Shown here: positions 20,252 to 30,985 of the stretch, piece after piece | How positions within the stretch are numbered: the first letter of the stretch is position 1 | How the letters are laid out: every line of letters starts with the position of its first letter | Assembly: GCF_003334305.1 (NCBI RefSeq) | Contig: NZ_QOWS01000012.1 | DNA: 64,000 bases | From: Escherichia coli | GTDB taxonomy: Bacteria; Pseudomonadota; Gammaproteobacteria; Enterobacterales; Enterobacteriaceae | Direction: 5' to 3' (one strand) | Notes under the pieces: generated by a model | What the model saw: the letters and a program-made list of their open reading frames with translations, nothing else | Told to the model about the DNA's origin: nothing | Databases searched by the model: none | Position numbers and translations under genes: made by a program

Positions 20252-20674
20252 ATGAAGCGTTACACACCTGACTTTCCTGAAATGATGCGCCTGTGCGAGA
20301 TGAACTTTTCACAATTGCGCCGTTTGTTACCGCGCAATGACGCACCCGGCGAAACTGTAAGCTATCAGGTGGCAAACGCACAATATCGGCTGACGATTGT
20401 GGAATCGACCCGATACACTACCCTGGTGACAATAGAACAGACTGCGCCCGCGATCAGTTACTGGAGCCTTCCGTCAATGACGGTGCGTCTGTATCATGAC
20501 GCGATGGTGGCTGAAGTGTGTTCAAGCCAGCAGATTTTTCGCTTCAAAGCGCGGTATGATTATCCTAATAAAAAGTTGCATCAACGCGACGAAAAGCATC
20601 AAATTAACCAGTTTTTAGCGGACTGGTTGCGATACTGTTTAGCACATGGAGCGATGGCGATTCCGGTTTACTAG
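20252..20674 (+). CDS. yqiB: DUF1249 protein
   Basis: 140 aa. Its start abuts the nudF stop (TAAATG), and it lies in the conserved nudF-yqiB-cpdA-yqiA-parE order. Confidence 0.85.
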
Positions 20675-20698
20675 CGTCGTGAAACCTAAGGACACCAT

Positions 20699-21526
20699 TT
20701 GGAAAGCCTGTTAACCCTTCCTCTGGCTGGTGAGGCCAGAGTCAGGATTTTACAAATTACCGATACTCACCTGTTTGCACAAAAGCACGAAGCCCTGTTA
20801 GGGGTAAACACCTGGGAAAGCTACCAGGCGGTGCTGGAGGCGATTCGTCCACATCAGCACGAATTCGACCTGATTGTCGCGACAGGTGATTTAGCGCAGG
20901 ATCAATCCTCTGCGGCCTATCAGCATTTCGCTGAAGGCATCGCAAGTTTTCGTGCGCCCTGCGTCTGGCTGCCGGGCAACCACGATTTCCAGCCCGCGAT
21001 GTACAGCGCGTTACAGGATGCGGGTATCTCCCCGGCGAAGCGCGTGTTTATTGGTGAGCAATGGCAAATCCTGTTGCTGGATAGCCAGGTGTTTGGCGTG
21101 CCGCACGGTGAGCTGAGCGAGTTTCAGCTTGAGTGGCTGGAACGTAAACTGGCCGATGCGCCAGAACGCCATACGTTGCTGCTGCTGCATCATCATCCGC
21201 TACCTGCGGGTTGTAGTTGGCTTGATCAACACAGCCTGCGTAACGCGGGCGAACTGGATACCGTGCTGGCGAAGTTTCCGCACGTCAAATACTTGCTGTG
21301 CGGTCATATTCATCAGGAGCTGGATCTCGACTGGAACGGTCGCCGCCTGCTGGCAACGCCGTCGACCTGTGTGCAGTTTAAGCCGCACTGTTCCAACTTT
21401 ACGCTGGACACCATCGCGCCCGGCTGGCGTACTCTCGAGTTACATGCTGATGGCACGCTGACCACCGAGGTGCATCGCCTGGCGGACACACGTTTCCAAC
21501 CTGATACCGCTTCAGAAGGCTACTGA
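20699..21526 (+). CDS. cpdA: 3',5'-cyclic AMP phosphodiesterase
   Basis: 275 aa calcineurin-like metallophosphoesterase (DTH, GDL, GNHD, GHIH motifs), with a TTG start. Confidence 0.92.
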   Translation: MESLLTLPLAGEARVRILQITDTHLFAQKHEALLGVNTWESYQAVLEAIRPHQHEFDLIVATGDLAQDQSSAAYQHFAEGIASFRAPCVWLPGNHDFQPAMYSALQDAGISPAKRVFIGEQWQILLLDSQVFGVPHGELSEFQLEWLERKLADAPERHTLLLLHHHPLPAGCSWLDQHSLRNAGELDTVLAKFPHVKYLLCGHIHQELDLDWNGRRLLATPSTCVQFKPHCSNFTLDTIAPGWRTLELHADGTLTTEVHRLADTRFQPDTASEGY

Positions 21527-22107
21527 TGTCTACGCTTCTTTATTTACACGGTTTCAACAGCTCGCCGCGCTCTGCAAAAGCGAGCTTGTTAAAAAACTGG
21601 CTGGCGGAACATCACCCTGACGTTGAGATGATCATTCCGCAGTTGCCGCCGTATCCTTCCGACGCGGCAGAGCTGCTGGAATCCATTGTCCTGGAACATG
21701 GCGGCGATTCGCTGGGTATTGTCGGTTCGTCACTGGGGGGATATTACGCCACCTGGTTGTCACAATGTTTTATGCTGCCCGCAGTGGTGGTAAACCCGGC
21801 GGTGCGCCCGTTTGAACTGCTGACGGACTATCTCGGTCAGAACGAGAACCCCTACACCGGGCAGCAATATGTGCTAGAGTCACGCCATATTTACGATCTC
21901 AAAGTCATGCAGATTGACCCGCTGGAAGCGCCGGATTTGATCTGGCTGCTGCAACAGACGGGAGATGAAGTGCTGGATTACCGCCAGGCGGTGGCGTACT
22001 ACGCTTCCTGCCGCCAGACTGTCATAGAAGGCGGCAACCACGCATTCACGGGCTTCGAAGATTATTTCAACCCGATCGTCGATTTTCTTGGTCTGCACCA
22101 TCTCTGA
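21526..22107 (+). CDS. yqiA: Esterase YqiA (alpha/beta hydrolase)
   Basis: 193 aa with a GSSLGG nucleophile elbow. Its start overlaps the cpdA stop. Confidence 0.9.
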   Translation: MSTLLYLHGFNSSPRSAKASLLKNWLAEHHPDVEMIIPQLPPYPSDAAELLESIVLEHGGDSLGIVGSSLGGYYATWLSQCFMLPAVVVNPAVRPFELLTDYLGQNENPYTGQQYVLESRHIYDLKVMQIDPLEAPDLIWLLQQTGDEVLDYRQAVAYYASCRQTVIEGGNHAFTGFEDYFNPIVDFLGLHHL

Positions 22108-22132
22108 CGATCAACTCGAATTGCTAACTTAA

Positions 22133-24028
<1,896 letters not shown>

Positions 24029-24072
24029 TAATCTTTACCCGGCAAACATGTGTTTTGCCGGGTTGTCGCTGA

Positions 24073-24942
24073 TTATTTTATTGGGCACAGTTTGTTACGA
24101 TCTGGAAATAGTGTTGCCAGCGAACCAGCCAGAGTTTTCCAGTCCGTAGCCATTTTTTCTGCTTGTGCAGTTGTTATTACTGCACCTTGTTGTTTAATAA
24201 GCTCATCCTCCACTCTGGTATAGTGAATAATGGTAAAATCCGTAGAGGACCATTTATCCTTAGAGAACATCTTCGTCATCGCATGAATGTTTGCTTGCCC
24301 GTCATCGATAAAAACAATCGCGTCATATTTGTTCCCCATTTTATCCAGCATATAATCGAGAATTACGCCTTTATCTTGCCCGGAAGAAAAAAATACCCCC
24401 TGGCTGTACAGCCATGACCGTTTGAGTTTCCCTTTTTCAAAGGGTGGCAAAGTATCCTCTTTCTTCCTGAGTGCGGAAGACGAAAAATCAATGCCGTTTC
24501 GCTTTAATTCCCGCAATGTCGGAAAGAGAGTATCCGGTGCACGGGATGTCAGAGCAAAAGCGGTATGCTTTTGTTGCCACTGTTTTAACATTGTCGGTAA
24601 CTGTGGCTCGGTAAGCTGCATAGGGCTAAGTTCGTAAAGCATACTGATTGTATTTTCATACAGGCAGGGAACTTTTTGCGAGTCATCCGGCTTTAAGGGC
24701 AATTTATCGGTTTACCATTGATACCAGATATCACCGCCAATGCGTGTGCCACTCGTTAATAACGTATTATCAATGTCAAAAACCAATAATATCTTATCGG
24801 ATGGATAGAGAGTTTCCTTTTCGGTGATAATTTTACTGACCGCACTATATTCGCCAGTAACTATATTTTTTACCTGTGCGTAAGATAAAGCTGGCAGAGC
24901 AGAGAGTATCATCCAGAGAATGATTTTAAATTTATTATTCAT
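24073..24942 (-). pseudogene. Secreted HAD-like phosphatase (DxDxT motif), interrupted by an in-frame TAA
   Basis: The 76-aa ORF (24712-24942) has a signal peptide and the FDIDNTLL motif. It ends at TAA (24712-24714), and the same frame continues directly into the 209-aa ORF (..YQW*TDKLPLKPDD..). Confidence 0.7.
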
Positions 24943-24955
24943 TTTTTATTCCAGA

Positions 24956-25690
24956 TTAGAAAGTATAAGTCAGACCCCAGCGCCAGCGGATTTGGCGATT
25001 ACTTGATGTTTTATCCACACCTTTATAATCCGCAATACTCATATAGGGTATCCACGATCCCATTTTGTACCCTACTTTAAATGATGCGGTATAGTTTTTA
25101 TGGCCATCATTCCAGGTTAAATAACCATTATTGTAATAGACCAGGTTTAACTGATATTGGAAGTTGGTTTTTTGTGGTCGATAGTCGATCCACACATCGT
25201 AACGGCGGTTATTACGATCATCGTTGCCATAACCTTTGGATTTATCGGTAGCTTTATCCATGTCATAACGAAAACGACCCGAAACTTTCCATTCTTTGCT
25301 GAAATCATAACCCGCAGAAAGACCATATTCGTAAGTTGACCAATATTGCGTGGTATCAAGCCAGAACATGGGTTCTAACCAGAATTTTTTGTCATCCAGC
25401 GGCTTAAAGCGGTAAACAACAGATAATCCTGTTCCGTTATTGCCAAATTGTGAGGGGTCCCACTTATCTTTATCACCTTCATCGGTGTTATAGCGTAATT
25501 CTCCCATCAAACCGATACCATTACTAAAAAATGTACCAAATTCAACGCGGTCCGCGTGGGTGCGAGTATCATCAAGATACTCATGACGATAATCAATAAA
25601 TCCATGCGGCTGTTCTGCACAGACTAGTGTAGGTGACAGGCAGGATAACATTGTTATTCCTGCAAGTGATATTTTAAGATAAGAATTCAT
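24956..25690 (-). CDS. KdgM/NanC-family outer membrane oligosaccharide porin
   Basis: 244 aa with a signal peptide. It shows an alternating beta-strand pattern, the GFIDYRHEY start typical of the KdgM family, and a C-terminal ...WGLTYTF ending in aromatic Phe. Confidence 0.7.
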   Translation of the reverse strand: MNSYLKISLAGITMLSCLSPTLVCAEQPHGFIDYRHEYLDDTRTHADRVEFGTFFSNGIGLMGELRYNTDEGDKDKWDPSQFGNNGTGLSVVYRFKPLDDKKFWLEPMFWLDTTQYWSTYEYGLSAGYDFSKEWKVSGRFRYDMDKATDKSKGYGNDDRNNRRYDVWIDYRPQKTNFQYQLNLVYYNNGYLTWNDGHKNYTASFKVGYKMGSWIPYMSIADYKGVDKTSSNRQIRWRWGLTYTF

Positions 25691-25785
25691 AATATTCCCT
25701 TTCAGAATAAAATATATTTTTGGTGATCGAATACACCATCTGATGATTCCAGGTATTAGAATGTTTTTTTATCTATAGTTTGACT

Positions 25786-26910
25786 TTAAATTTTAAGTTT
25801 GTTTTCCTTATCAATGAATAGATAAAATTTCGTCTGTTGATGGGGCTGGAAATTATTATCAGATACAAATATTAACGATGTATGCCCATCAATCAGAGGA
25901 CCGAAGGTTACCCCTTCAATACAATCCGCAGAGGAAGTGTAATCAGCAAAATCAATTAATAATTTTTTACTGACGGGTTGTAACGTGGATTTATTGGACC
26001 AATCTTGCAGACTGTCAATATCCTTGATATCGCTGGCAGCAGTTAAATCGACCATATAAACTCTGACAGAGTAATCCCAGTCATTGAACCCAGCACTGAC
26101 GTTTCTGCCGGAACGTTCGATGACCAACAATTGGTGATCATTCAGCGCCAGGACCTCGGATACGCCATTATCATTAATACCGAACTTACTCACTTGCGGA
26201 ACAGGATCAGTAATATAGAGATATTCATGCAATTGCTTTGAAGGTCGACCGTCTGCATCTATAGAAAATTGCAGTAAGCGTGATGTACCTGAATTTATTG
26301 GACTTGCAATAGGCCCATCCTGTTTAAGGCTGCTTTCAACGGCGATAAAAAGTGATTTTCCATCTGGTGTAACTGTCAGGCCCTCCCAGGCGTTGCCGCT
26401 GCGAATACCATTGCTGCTCTCTTTGTCAGAACTAATATTAAATCGAGCAGGAAATAAAGACGTAAAATCTTTCTCCATTACGCCATCGAGAGTGCTCAGA
26501 CGCAGTGGAGCACCTAACTCCGAACTCCATAGTAATGACTTACCATTGTGTGTCAGGGCCAGACCTTCGGCATCCACCGTATTGGTCACGAAAGGCTGCT
26601 GTTTTGCATCAAGCAGTGGACGCTGGTTGAGAAAATTCACTTGCTCAATGCCCCTGGATGATACCTGTATTTTTAGTGTATAAAGACTGGCATCTCCTTC
26701 TTTATTATTGTTTCTGCTATCGTTAATAGCATAGAAAATATTTTTTTTTGCATCAAATGTGATGGCTGATAGCCCCGCGATTGTAACATTGTTCTGTTTT
26801 TCTCCCGTCCGGAAGTTGAACTCACCAGCATAATGAAGAAAACTGTTTGCCTGCGCTGTTGTGCATAACAGCGGTAATGCCAGAAAAATAGCGGCATGTC
26901 TTATTTTCAT
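25786..26910 (-). CDS. Secreted phytase-like / esterase-like beta-propeller protein
   Basis: 374 aa with a signal peptide (..TAQA/NS). It has repeated GLS/EGL.. blades and a D/N-rich sequence resembling the phytase-like esterase domain family. The assignment rests on recollection of that family only. Confidence 0.5.
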   Translation of the reverse strand: MKIRHAAIFLALPLLCTTAQANSFLHYAGEFNFRTGEKQNNVTIAGLSAITFDAKKNIFYAINDSRNNNKEGDASLYTLKIQVSSRGIEQVNFLNQRPLLDAKQQPFVTNTVDAEGLALTHNGKSLLWSSELGAPLRLSTLDGVMEKDFTSLFPARFNISSDKESSNGIRSGNAWEGLTVTPDGKSLFIAVESSLKQDGPIASPINSGTSRLLQFSIDADGRPSKQLHEYLYITDPVPQVSKFGINDNGVSEVLALNDHQLLVIERSGRNVSAGFNDWDYSVRVYMVDLTAASDIKDIDSLQDWSNKSTLQPVSKKLLIDFADYTSSADCIEGVTFGPLIDGHTSLIFVSDNNFQPHQQTKFYLFIDKENKLKI

Positions 26911-26939
26911 GATATTTACCTTTGTGTATGTATCTGATT

Positions 26940-27854
26940 TTAGTCGTGTTGTGAAAGAAAAAGATTAACTTCCGATGGTGTCGCCAGATGACCTCTGGCA
27001 CCTAATGCAGTAATATTTATTGCTGCAGTGGCAGAAGCAAATTTTAGTGCTTCAATTAAGGGCATGTTTTTTATTAAGCTATAAACAAATGCACCATTAA
27101 AAGTATCTCCAGCGCCAGTGGTATCAATAATGGGAATTGTATAGCTACCTATTTTTACTTGCTCATTGCCTTTGACTGCAATTACTCCCCTAACATCCAG
27201 CGTAACCACGACAGCCTCAAGTTGATACTCGTCTTGTATATCATGCAGAAGTGTAAAATCTGGCTCTGCTGCATAGCCACGAATAAAACCGTCATAATTA
27301 AATATCGCAATATCAGCAAGGTGTAAAATTCTGGCAAGGTGTTCAGGTGTTGCAATGATATGAGGCTCAATATCAACGACAACTTTTGTCATCTGGCTAC
27401 GGGAATATTCGGCCAGCATACGAAATTTCTCGATATCTGCTGGCATCGTATAATAATAACGGCTTTGCGCAATTGCCTGCAGGGCTTTTTCTTTATCCCA
27501 CTCATGATCACTACCAGGCGAGTAAACCAACGTTTTTTCACCTAATTCATCAATAAAGATAATCGCGGTATTGGCAATCAATTCCGGAATTACCTGAACG
27601 AAATCACAATTTACATGATATTTTTTAAATCCATCAAGAATGATCGAGGCTGAATGATCATTGCCCACACATGAAACAGATACCACATTGAGACCCAGTT
27701 GTCCCATCGCACAGGCACTGTTGGCGACTGTGCCGCCAGCTTGTTCACCCAGACGTGTCCCGACCACTTTACCGCCACGAGTGGGGAGTGACGGGATAGA
27801 TAAAAAAATATCTATATTTCCACTGCCTAAAGCGGCGACATCAAATTTCTTCAT
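26940..27854 (-). CDS. PfkB-family carbohydrate kinase
   Basis: 304 aa from MKKFDVAALGSGNIDIF.. preceded by the RBS gggaga. The C-terminus carries the DTTGAGDTFNGAF signature. The upstream extension to 27908 would overlap the SIS gene and is rejected. Confidence 0.85.
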   Translation of the reverse strand: MKKFDVAALGSGNIDIFLSIPSLPTRGGKVVGTRLGEQAGGTVANSACAMGQLGLNVVSVSCVGNDHSASIILDGFKKYHVNCDFVQVIPELIANTAIIFIDELGEKTLVYSPGSDHEWDKEKALQAIAQSRYYYTMPADIEKFRMLAEYSRSQMTKVVVDIEPHIIATPEHLARILHLADIAIFNYDGFIRGYAAEPDFTLLHDIQDEYQLEAVVVTLDVRGVIAVKGNEQVKIGSYTIPIIDTTGAGDTFNGAFVYSLIKNMPLIEALKFASATAAINITALGARGHLATPSEVNLFLSQHD

Positions 27855-27858
27855 AGTC

Positions 27859-28857
27859 TTATTTCTCCCTATGGCTAACGCGTTGCCCGCCTGCGTCGAC
27901 ATAATCACAACTTAAATGCCAGCACATTTCATATAACCACTGCATGACCAGAAATAAATTGTTGGACTCACTGGCATCAGGTATAAAACTGATTAATTCT
28001 GCTGTCGCTCCCTGTTCAACAATTGCTTTTTGGGTTGCAATGTAAAATGGGTACTCGCGGGATGTAGCTGGCAGTAAAAAATAATGCTGACCGACACCAG
28101 CCTGATGTAAGCGTAATGAATGATAAAATTCTTCCAGTGGAAAGGCTGTCGCACGAATCTGTGGGCCGCAAGAAAGTAAATTGCTCCCCGATATTGCTAG
28201 TCCCCAACTTAAGCCACTCCCCAGAAACGTTATCTCTTTTTGTTGGTAAAAATGGCGCTTCTTTTGCTGCCAGTGCTGATTAATCTGGCTAAATTTCCCT
28301 TCTAAATCCTCTTCAATTTGCAGTGGTGTTAAGCCTGGACATAAGTTTTGCGCTAAGCGCAGGAGGGTATAAAGTGTGACGCTACTACTTTGCGTTGGAA
28401 TACCCTGCTTATTCGCCCATGTATAGAGCATGTTTTCTGTTATTGCGCAAAATGGTGTTCCAGGGCAATTCGTCACACCCAGCACTTGCGCGTTTGAGCA
28501 TACTGCGTGGCTAAGGGCGTCAACGGTCAGTGATGGTCTGCCACTTGCGCTGAGAATAATGATCAACGTTTCTTTCTGATAACGGGTTAAATCAGTCTGA
28601 AGAAAATCCCACGTTTGCAATGCGGAACAAAACAGATGTGTGTATTTCCCCAGCCAGGCGGCGGCACATAGTGCCACCGTCCAGGAGTCGCCCGATCCCA
28701 CTATACAGACGCGTTCAACAGCACGTTTATCGAGCTGAACAGATGAAAAACATTCACCCCAGATAGCTGCCAAATGGCGTAGCGCTGCCGCCGTTGCATT
28801 TATTTCCTCACGAGTTTGCGCTAATGGCATAACAGGAGCACGGGCTGGCATGTTCAT
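27859..28857 (-). CDS. Double SIS-domain sugar-phosphate isomerase/deglycase-like protein
   Basis: 332 aa with two SIS-like segments (CIVGSGDSWTVA and TFLGSGLSWGLA). Its ATG overlaps the ARH gene stop by 1 nt (TAATG). Confidence 0.75.
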   Translation of the reverse strand: MNMPARAPVMPLAQTREEINATAAALRHLAAIWGECFSSVQLDKRAVERVCIVGSGDSWTVALCAAAWLGKYTHLFCSALQTWDFLQTDLTRYQKETLIIILSASGRPSLTVDALSHAVCSNAQVLGVTNCPGTPFCAITENMLYTWANKQGIPTQSSSVTLYTLLRLAQNLCPGLTPLQIEEDLEGKFSQINQHWQQKKRHFYQQKEITFLGSGLSWGLAISGSNLLSCGPQIRATAFPLEEFYHSLRLHQAGVGQHYFLLPATSREYPFYIATQKAIVEQGATAELISFIPDASESNNLFLVMQWLYEMCWHLSCDYVDAGGQRVSHREK

Positions 28858-29933
28858 TATTTCTCCTGTGCCTGTACTGCAAGCAATGTCAGACCCGATG
28901 CGATCGCTTCAACATCGAAATCTTTATTATTTACGGCGCGGAAAAAGGCATATTTATCTTCAGGGAGCGCATCAAAACCGCGCCATGCCCCTGCAATTGC
29001 GCCTGCCATCGTAGCGATGCTATCGGTGTCATTGCCAATATTGGCGCAGGCATGGATGGTTTCCCAGGGTTCTCCTTTGCAGTACAGCAATAGACCGATT
29101 GCCGCAGGAATGGATTCATGGGCGGCAACAGAGTTACCAACCAAACCTTCCATTTCTCGCAGACAAGACTCCAGATCATTGGCACGTCTGGCGATGTCCG
29201 CTGCAAGTTGGATGCGCATGGCGATAGATGGCCCTGCTACACATCGTGCATATTGTTTGGCCAGGCGTTCGCCGTAATTCGCTCCCCAGATTGCGGCATC
29301 CAGTAATGATGTGAGCGAGGCTTCTGGTAACATAGCCTGCGATGTCGCTGCAGCGATGGCGCAAGCGCTGGCAATCGCAATATTGGTGTCATGTGAAGGT
29401 AGGCAAGTTATTAACGCCAGGCGACACGCTTTTTCTTTCTTGCCAGGCCAGATCAATCCTGCCGGGGCTACACGCATTCCTGCGCCATTCGTGGTGCCGA
29501 CATTGGGGGCCTGACGAGAAGATGTTCCAATACGCCCAATGGTGTTTGTTGGTCTACCTTCTTTTAGTGCCTTGACGATTTGTTCTGTTGTGGGGCCTTT
29601 ATAATTTGCGTAGGGCTGCATATCGGCCCAACGCAGAAGACAAGCTAACCAGTCATTATTGGTGAAGTTATCAAATCCAGCCTCAATTAACCCTTCTGAA
29701 AACACATACATTTGGCTGGAATCGTCGGTGATAAGTCCTGCAACACCATTTAATGAGCCAGCAAAGGTATCGGCAGGAGGAGAAACAAAGGCATTTAAAA
29801 AACCTCCCCATTGAGTTTTTATTTCATCAATGCTGTAGAGTTCAGTCGCTGCGCCTAATGCATCGCCCATACCTGCGCAGGCTAAAGAACCTAATATTTT
29901 GTTATAAATTACGGCTTGTTCTATTTTGTTCAC
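28857..29933 (-). CDS. ADP-ribosylglycohydrolase (ARH/DraG) family hydrolase
   Basis: 358 aa. It has the N-terminal GMGDALGAATE motif, an internal DDSSQ, and the C-terminal GNDTDSIATMAGAIAGAW metal-site motif typical of the family. Confidence 0.8.
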   Translation of the reverse strand: MNKIEQAVIYNKILGSLACAGMGDALGAATELYSIDEIKTQWGGFLNAFVSPPADTFAGSLNGVAGLITDDSSQMYVFSEGLIEAGFDNFTNNDWLACLLRWADMQPYANYKGPTTEQIVKALKEGRPTNTIGRIGTSSRQAPNVGTTNGAGMRVAPAGLIWPGKKEKACRLALITCLPSHDTNIAIASACAIAAATSQAMLPEASLTSLLDAAIWGANYGERLAKQYARCVAGPSIAMRIQLAADIARRANDLESCLREMEGLVGNSVAAHESIPAAIGLLLYCKGEPWETIHACANIGNDTDSIATMAGAIAGAWRGFDALPEDKYAFFRAVNNKDFDVEAIASGLTLLAVQAQEK

Positions 29934-29946
29934 AATATTCTCTCTG

Positions 29947-30699
29947 TTACACGCTAAAACTGTCTTTTGTAATTCGTGCTTTGTAGGAGTACCGACTTGC
30001 GGGATAAACCATCTCTACATACTCCATTGGTTTACGTTCCACGGATAACGTGACGCGGGTACAACTTAATACGACGTCATCGGCAGTCAGTTCCAGTAAT
30101 TGACGCTCAAGGGGCGAGGGAAGCCGGGCAGAGATAATCTCCGTTGCTTCTAAAGGTTTAATAGCGAGTTTTTCTTCCAGTAAAATATAGAGCGAACCCG
30201 TCGCCAGCAGCTCTTCCAGAGTTATTTCTTGTCCGTCATTTAACGCAAGCCATGATGTCTGAATACCCAGCGGCGTACTTCCCATATAGCGAATGCGTTT
30301 TATACAGAAAACGGTATGGACATGGATATCAAGTTCGAGATTTTTTCTGATAATATCACTGAGAGGAATATAACCTATTTCAAGAATATTCTGTGCCGGT
30401 ACGCCACCACGAGCCTTAATGTCATCAGTAAAACTATGTAATAAATGATTTTCCCGACTGCGAGCCGGTAATGTAAATGTTCCTTGCCCGTGGACACTAT
30501 GCAGGTATCCGCGTTGTTTCAAACTTTCTATTGCTTTCCGAATTGTTGTTCTGCTGCTTAAAAAATGTTCAGCCAGTTCTCTTTCTGTTGGTATAGCTTT
30601 GCCTTCTTTCCATTCACCGTTATCAATTTTTTTCTTTATTTCATCAAAAATTTCACGATGCTTTAGCTGACCTTTACTGGCTTTATAAATTCTTATCAT
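29947..30699 (-). CDS. GntR-family transcriptional regulator, HutC subfamily (wHTH plus UTRA effector domain)
   Basis: 250 aa. The N-terminus carries the PTERELAEHF..SRTTIRKAIESLKQRGYL..HGQGTF HTH, and the C-terminal ~150 aa look UTRA-like. It lies 13 nt upstream of the ARH gene. Confidence 0.85.
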   Translation of the reverse strand: MIRIYKASKGQLKHREIFDEIKKKIDNGEWKEGKAIPTERELAEHFLSSRTTIRKAIESLKQRGYLHSVHGQGTFTLPARSRENHLLHSFTDDIKARGGVPAQNILEIGYIPLSDIIRKNLELDIHVHTVFCIKRIRYMGSTPLGIQTSWLALNDGQEITLEELLATGSLYILLEEKLAIKPLEATEIISARLPSPLERQLLELTADDVVLSCTRVTLSVERKPMEYVEMVYPASRYSYKARITKDSFSV

Positions 30700-30718
30700 G
30701 ACAAAGCCTCATTTCAAG

Positions 30719-30730
30719 TGGTTGATACCA
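30719..30730. promoter_or_regulatory. Candidate HutC-type operator, TGGTTGATACCA
   Basis: Inverted repeat TGGT-N4-ACCA, located 20 nt upstream of the regulator ATG (30699) in the divergent intergenic region. Confidence 0.4.
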
Positions 30731-30881
30731 ACTTTACATTCTTTTATTTTTATTGCGCAGTATGCTTATTTGTTATCTGTGACATAAAACAGGAAAAACC
30801 ACATTTATTAATAAATATCATGCGGTTAAGTGAAATTGGTTTTTATGTGATGCTGCTCAATATTAACTCAGTGGTTTGTTG

Positions 30882-30893
30882 TGGTATCTACCA
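30882..30893. promoter_or_regulatory. Candidate HutC-type operator, TGGTATCTACCA
   Basis: Perfect inverted repeat TGGTA-TC-TACCA, about 90 nt upstream of the transporter ATG. It resembles the DasR/NagR-type TGGT.TA.ACCA operator cores of HutC regulators. Confidence 0.45.
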
Positions 30894-30985
30894 ATGCATT
30901 TATTCTCAATCGTAAAGTTATGTGCTGAATGAGTTCCGATACATTTGTTTTTAATATAATTTCATGTGATTAATGAGTGCTGTGT

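Noticed and set aside
27855-27908. An upstream extension of the PfkB kinase ORF that overlaps the SIS gene by 50 nt
   Set aside because: The internal ATG at 27854 has a good RBS (gggaga) and begins directly after the SIS stop. The extension adds no conserved sequence.
30718-30915. A 65-aa plus-strand ORF in the divergent promoter region of the island
   Set aside because: It is an AT-rich intergenic sequence with a GTG start and no RBS, and it overlaps both candidate operators. It is more plausibly non-coding regulatory DNA.
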